Source: Tubiluchus corallicola
Taxonomy: Eukaryota > Animalia > Priapulida
Assembly (NCBI GenBank): GCA_030141605.1
Contig: JAQGDQ010000121.1
Location: forward strand, 496,001-560,000
Reading direction: 5' to 3'
Length of the DNA: 64,000 nucleotides
Positions 57,901 through 64,000 of this stretch are shown here, one piece after another (within the stretch, counting starts at the first letter, position 1; each line of letters opens with the position of its first letter). The notes under the pieces are model-generated. The model saw only the letters and a program-made list of their open reading frames with translations. It made no database searches and had not been told where the DNA came from. A program made the translations under genes and the position numbers.

Positions 57901-60900
57901 GTATGTAATGTCACTCCCATGACATACCTCGCTAGAAATAGGTTCTCCATTTCTGCAGTGATAATATTTGCGAAATCTTCCGCCAGTTGCCATTGACAGC
58001 ATCTCCAGAAACTCGTTAGCTTCTTGGTCATTGCAATTAAATGAGATGGTGTGTATCGGCACACTTCCCAGTAACCTCACTTCACTGAGTATGCTCTCAG
58101 CTTCCTGAAAATATAAAGAAACCTTATTCAGGGAGAATATAGTTGCATCCTAATGTGGTTAAGAAACCCTTGTTGGATCACTATCTCATCTTAGACACAT
58201 AACTTCGATAATGAGTTAGTTTCTGGTACTGCTGTTGAATGCTGGATTCTGGCTTGCAGTGTGCCGAATTGCAGAAAAAACGGAGACATGTTGATGTTCA
58301 GATGAAACTAGAAAGTTGCAATATCTGGATTTGCTAAAAGACCAGGGAGCAGCGTGAACTAACACCTAACAGAAAACACAAGATTCGAAGACTCAAACTA
58401 AAATGTACAAATTTAGATAAACTTTTGGTTTAAGATGCTCAGTTCACAAGAAACACTATTGTCATGGATGTACAATGTAACAAATATGGTACTGTCAACA
58501 CTTTCAACATGTGACTTATCCAAGTACCTGTCAAAATCATTGCTGCTTAATTCTACAAAATGATTTTAGTCTAAACGGTGAGACTGCACTACAGCAGTCT
58601 GCCAAATTAGTTGTTTACGACGTAGCTGTACCTGATCTGGTCGTCCGTCTGTTAAAAGGTACACAGCCTCAGACCGTACATCCACCAATGCTTTCCGCAA
58701 GGCTTCTAATGTGTTAGTGCTGCCATCTACAGTTAACTTGTTCACCCATTTCAGTGCTTCATTAATGGTCTCCGAAGTTACCTTACAAATTTCGTTTTTC
58801 CATCTCACGACATCGCTACCAAAACGCACTAGATTAAATGCGTCCTTGTACTTGATTTGATCCTTATAATAGTAAAAATAAAAATTAAAAAAATGGCAGA
58901 AAATATCATTAAAACTCGTGTTGATTTTAAAAACGATGCTAAATAACTCAATATAAAGGTAAAACAATAGAAATTTATGAATATCCCAAACAAGTCAGAA
59001 AAAAAGCAAAGGCAATAAATTCATTGCAAATGAAAACAATGTCAAAAAAAATAATATTATTGAGTTCAGTCATCTTTAGCATTATGATCATCATCACTTC
59101 GTTATCAACATCATTGCTGCCACCATTATCTTTGTTACTGTCAACATCATCTTCTGAAAGTCTTTGTTTTACTACAAGTGCAGTTAATCAATCAAAATCA
59201 CACAATGTGAATCTTTAAACCATTGAGGCAGTACCAAAGATGATGCTACAATGATACGAATCGTGTACATCAATACAGCAGTCCTATACTTATACAACAA
59301 AAAACAAAATAAATAAACTAACCTCTAACAGCAATGATAAACTCTCTTTGACAAAGGTAAAACTATTCTCCATAGAATCAGAAGCATCAATAAGCAAGTA
59401 AAATGAATTTTCAATAATCTCTCCAAATAGCTGATCACTTCTCCCACTGACTAGCTTTATCCTGCAAAAAGAAAAAAATATTCTTGTTCTTCAACAGCAG
59501 AGTTTGTTAGAAAATCTTAGTCTGGAGTACAGTGTGTCAGTCATGATGTTGAGTTTAGAAACTAATCCTGAACTCAATATGCCTTTACACTAAGCACCAA
59601 ATGCTTTGTTTGACCAAACAACTGCAGCAGATGTCAAAGTTTAATCAGGTCTTCATCGTCTTCTTAGGCAGTAACAATGAATAGCATATATTAGTTGGAC
59701 TTCCCTCAAGAAGAGCTAGGCGAATTTCGGGTGATTTTATCGGGTTTTGTATAAGTTAAAGTGAGTAGCCTGACTCAAAAACAGTTATGGTTTTATTAAA
59801 TATACTTTATTTGCTAACTGTTTGTTATTGGCAGATGATAGTTGAAATATTTATGTAAAAACTCACTAAAACAACTTAAATAATAAAATTGCATTACAAA
59901 TGATTGAATCCGGAATTGCAAATAAGTCGATGACAATAAATTAAATACAAATTAACAAGCTCTAGAAAATGTATATAAAAATTAAAAAGCACTTACATAA
60001 AATTGCAAGAAATCACTTGTTGACAGCAACACCTCTCTTGCTGACATGAAAATTTACTACATACATCACTCAGACAGAACCAAAATCATGAAACATTACA
60101 GGCCTATTGAACAATTATCAACTGAAAATTATTCCTTTACATCAGGCACTCTCTAATTTTGCTCCATTAAGAATTGATGATCACTGATTTGTATTAAATT
60201 TTACTATTACAGCTCTTATGAAATTCTTGGACTATTTAGAGAACTTCTGGAGAACTCGCATATTTAGAAGAAAGCTTGCACAACTCTACACGGCCAGAGA
60301 AACAACTGAAAGTTAAATAAGAGGCTCCTGCTTAAAACTAAGTTCCAACTGGGACGCATTTGCATCATATTAAAAGATGCTCTAAAAACACATTCATTCC
60401 TCAAATGCTCTTCAACATTTCAAAGAAAAAAATTGTTCCATATTTAGATGATGATTTGCATGGAAAAATGTTTCAGTGTGCCATTATCAAATAGAGCACC
60501 ACGTCATATCAACTTCTTATACTTTTCCATGTACTACGGCACTTTGCAAGACAGAGCGCAGCATTCAATGGCAAGGCCTATTTAACGTAATGTTTCTGGC
60601 ATGACCTGGCACCCACTTTCTCTTTAAAAGAATTCTGGACACCATGAACCAGAGAATTAAGATCCATTTTTTTCTCGAGAACAAATCTTCATCAGTGCTT
60701 TATTATCTTATTATCTGTGTTGAAGACGATGATATAAACTGGTTGATTCCTTTATTGAATTGCTACCAAATTTGAGTGCTTTATACATCAACATGGCTGT
60801 TTTTGAATTGATGATATTTTCTGCATACTAAAACTGCTCAACAATAACTTAAGTTACTAAAATACCAAAGCTATAAACTCGTAACTGTTTTAGCCAAAAG

Positions 60901-63653
60901 GTTAACTTATTGTAATATCCTGTTCCGAAATTTCAACTTCATAGAGCACTTGCTGCTCATATTATTGCAGTTTAAACTTCGGCACACTTTTTCTGTGTCA
61001 CCCTATATCATATAACTCCATGACACACTATCACCTTGGTTAGAAGGTAAGGCATGACTGCAAGAATTGTGCAAGGTGCTAAAATGAGACATAGCAGTCA
61101 ATGATTTTCGTGATTACCTTGACCTTGACAGAAATAGATCTGCTTCAGTTATTTTCTATCTGATGAACTATAAAAATTATTGAAAAACTGCATGCTGAAT
61201 ACACTACAGAGCCAATTGTGAAAACAAGGCTATATAAGCATCATATTGTTTTAGAAGCACGTATTAGCAAAAAGAAACCACAAGAGTAGAGCCAGAATCA
61301 AGTAAACATTTGGATATTATTATAATTAATTTGGTAATATATAATTTTGCTAAAATAAACCAATAATTTCTTTTGTTAAACCAAAATAATCTCATTTAAT
61401 GTAATCTAATCAAATCTAACCTAATTTTAGAATAACTCAAGCCAGTACATGCAGTGTCTTACAGAGCATGTCTCAGTATAAACAGCGACATAAAAGAGGT
61501 TGCTACCAATTAATTAAAGTGTTGCTGATAAAAAACAAAAAAGCCCAAAAAACAGAGCTAGTCTAAATAAAATGACTGATAATTAGTGACCTAAAACCGC
61601 AGTAAATACATAACGTAGTTTGATCATCATTAAAGCAAGTAACAATTATGTCTCAAACATTTTATTGCACAATAAACTTGTAAACTCTTAATAATAATAA
61701 GTTAAATTTACTAAGTCTGTCATCACTTGAGGCCTCTAAAAACCTTTAAAATGCGCTAAAAGTGCTAGCGCCCGGAACTAGGTCCACCTAGCTGACAGAA
61801 TTGGTTGCTAACTTATTTGTATACTACCCGTTACTAACACTACCACATATGTCATGAAACCCCACAACATGGGTGCATTTTTGCAAGACGTTCACTTCTA
61901 CAGTAAGTTTCCACTTCAGGAAACCTTGACTTAAATTTATAATTAGTGCAAAAAAATCTAGTTTACACAGATATATACAGATACATAATATAACACAGAT
62001 GGTGAAAAATTTTTGTACCTGTCCTCAATATCGGCTATTGCTCTTTGTAATTTGCTCTCATATTCATCATATAAAGCTTGGGTGACATTGACATGTCTGA
62101 CACTACCATCCTTCCATTGTACGTGTACAAAGTTTTCACAGTACTTAGCACTGACAACCTTAACACGACGTATCTGAAATATGCAAGCAATTTGCGATAA
62201 TCTAGATATGGATCACAATGAAGGCATTAGTCAAAAATTTATTGACAAAATTTATTGGCATAACAAATAGCATTATGGGCTTGTGTTGACGCATAGTAAA
62301 ATCGTGACTTACTCATGGCAAATTTAAAAACTGTGATTTGGCAATAAAAAACATGAAACATATCTTACATACATTTGAATTGCTGTTTTCTAGCTGCTTT
62401 GTTTTAACTAAACCATCACAGTGCTTGAAGGCAACAGGACTAAGAGTATCGTACAGCATCAATTTCTGAGCATGCAGGCCATGCTTGTTCAGCCATGTCT
62501 TACTGTCTTCTAGCTCAGGTAGACTTGCAGGCTTTATTTCTGATTCATCCAACAGTGACTTGTTCAGCTGTAAATCCTTATCTGAGGCAGAGTGTTCTGA
62601 CGGGTCGTTCATTATAAGATGACTCTCTTGTGCCTGAAAAGTTACTGATGAATCTTGTAACTGCGATTCAGTTTGCTCCACTAGCTGAGACTGAACAATT
62701 TGTAGGCTGCAGTTGGGATCATAGAAAGGTGTACCATTCCGTGCAATCGGTTGTGATTTGGTAAGTTGTGGGCTTTCAGCACTGGAAGATTTATGTTCAT
62801 GAACATCCGCAATGACAACAGTTTCTACATTCTTCTTTTTCTTCTTCTCAGACTTTACTGCAGAAAAAACTACAAAGTTGAAAGCACAGCAGCGTGGAAT
62901 CAACATTTTTTTATGTTAAGATAACCATTTCCGCAATGAGCCCTTTTTAATAGGACAATTGCACACGAAAAGAAGTTTGATGAACTCCAGCTACCTAACC
63001 CCAAGTTCTGCAAAGTACTTAATCTTAATTTAATGAGCATTTAATGTGCGTTAGTAACTCGATAGACGCATGCAATCAAGTAGCAAGTAATCATCTATGT
63101 GCAACAGCCTTAAACTAGTAGTAGTTCCTTTCAAAAATGATGGACAGAACTAAAACAAAAACGACAACACTCAATCCTTGTACTTTCAAGCAAGATATCA
63201 AGTTACAAAATCATAGTTAAAACAACGTACACATTACTAAGTAGAAAATGGATAGCAAGATTCAAATGTCATTGAAATGAGTCGTAAAAACATTAAGAGA
63301 GGACATACTATATTAATACAAGAAAATTAAAAAAATTCTTGCCATTTTTATCATCATCATTTTTTTCTTCGTCATCAAAAAAGGAATGTGACACCACAGA
63401 ACTTGTGTCGGAATTTTCCCTAAAGTTCAGACGACTGCCTCCCATTTCTAGACCCTGTTCTATACGATCCAACTCCAATAAGCTAAAGCGAGCTTCTTCC
63501 ATCTCTTCATACATAGAAAGAACGTCTTCTCGTAACCAACCAATGAGGGCTTTCTCACGATTAGCAGGTGCAGTGTTATTTGTCTGAGAGATGCTGTTAG
63601 ATCGATCCAATAAATGCCGATGGAGATCCTCATTCAAAGCAAATGAATGAAAC
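42782..63653 (-). CDS. VWA3B: von Willebrand factor A domain-containing protein 3B (5'-partial; continues beyond the window end)
   Basis: 21 phase-compatible exons (approximate): 63653-63343, 62857-62374, 62173-62019, 59462-59323, 58863-58632, 58104-57928, 56617-56302, 54561-54220, 53762-53360, 52555-52366, 51856-51700, 51247-51131, 50072-50022, 49527-49434, 49262-49118, 47056-46939, 46666-46542, 46021-45883, 44994-44897, 44497-44193, 43562-42782. Motifs: SKTWLNKHGLHAQKL; VSAKYCENFVHVQWKDGSVRHVNVT; VWA domain YLLIDASDSM...FNLVRFGS...GSTNTLEALRKAL...VYLLTDGRPDQ...PIHTISFNCNDQEANEFLEMLSMATGGRF; TRQWLKYHGLSARKL; DUF4537-like VIARSEQDGLYYTGVV...IGDFVLV...CYIPGVV. Confidence 0.9.
44069..44140 (+). 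pseudogene. Degenerate tRNA-like sequence (SINE head or tRNA pseudogene) in the last VWA3B intron
   Basis: A-box-like TGGTGTCATGG and B-box GGTTCAACTCC are at tRNA spacing, but the stems pair poorly. Confidence 0.5.
44812..44896. repeat. Tandem duplication (~42 bp x2) at a VWA3B donor site
   Basis: TACGTAATTTGTTT...TTAGTCTACAATAC occurs twice. Confidence 0.7.
47380..48530 (+). mobile_element. Decayed 5'-truncated LINE (RT C-terminal half plus 3'UTR), antisense inside a VWA3B intron
   Basis: IPQGTLLGPLLF (47441-47476), a YADDT-like YAHNTT, KLKLKNTKTDFM and QGVQLWNAVP...FKSKLK, then AATAAA at ~48525 immediately followed by a microsatellite tail. Confidence 0.8.
48556..48995. repeat. Compound microsatellite (TATTG)n-(TATTA)n-(GT)n-(GCGT)n
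   Basis: Directly visible. It produces the spurious YCIVL/YYIIL ORFs. Confidence 0.98.
50762..50877. repeat. Near-perfect 60-bp tandem duplication
   Basis: TAATTTTAAATTTTATTTAGTTAGTGACGTGTGTGCTACGAATGCCCTGATTATTT is repeated with period 60. Confidence 0.9.
50840..50975 (+). repeat. Dispersed repeat, copy 2 (similar to 24415-24560)
   Basis: Shares the motifs listed for copy 1. Confidence 0.6.
60955..61008 (+). mobile_element. Tc1/mariner-like terminal repeat related to the 11013 element
   Basis: AAACTTCGGCACACTTTTTCTGTGTCACCCTATA resembles the reverse complement of 11013-11046 (AAACTTCGGCACTTTTTTTGCACCACCCGATA). The upstream ~600 bp may be decayed transposon body. Confidence 0.5.
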
Positions 63654-64000
63654 CTGAAAATACATTCACTAAAGACAGACATTCTTTACTCTTCTGTCAA
63701 TAAATCATAGTGCATCAAATCAGATTCATATGTACTCATTAAAGTATGATAAAAAATCACCAGTAAACTGAACAAAGATTTCTTTTCAAAACATTTCCAA
63801 AACACTGTCAGTACACCTAGAGCAGCAGTATGTGTCAACTAAGTAACAATTCATTCCCGGTTACGGTTTCCAGTTGCATGAGCAGGGTCATGCAAAAACC
63901 TGTCATTCTTAATGTGTATTTGTCTTTTCGACAAGCAAGTTTCATTGTATTCTAGCTCTCATTTCTACTATCGTATCTAAGTTCCTGGAGACAAAAAGGC

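Noticed and set aside
63700-64000. Further VWA3B exon near the window end
   Set aside because: The candidate acceptor at ~63985 leads to early stops, so the upstream exons are presumed to lie outside the window.

Overview
AT-rich, intron-containing metazoan (invertebrate-looking) genomic DNA; there is no sign of prokaryotic operons, CRISPR arrays or phage. Exons were joined by hand, checking splice signals and reading phase, which gives five protein-coding genes. (1) A secreted ~883-aa protein (+, 4750-9868) with a signal peptide, an unnamed Cys/Trp-rich N-terminal domain, a Thr-rich mucin-like stalk and a Tyr/Gly/Pro-rich tail carrying (YPD)n and GLHKV repeats. (2) CEP112 (-, 16 exons, ~904 aa). 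(3) A stand-alone gene for a POLR1D isoform-2-like protein (-, ~135 aa). (4) XXYLT1 (+, 2 exons, ~413 aa). (5) VWA3B (-, 21 exons visible, 5' end outside the window). The window also holds one intact tRNA-Val(TAC), two tRNA-derived SINE-like relics, decayed LINE fragments, several MITE and Tc1/mariner remnants, and long microsatellites. The two most notable observations are the Tyr-rich secreted protein, a candidate cross-linked structural or adhesive protein with a possibly uncharacterised N-terminal module, and four apparent GC-AG introns among ~44 reconstructed coding introns, three of them in CEP112. All gene identities come from recalled family motifs, not from database searches.
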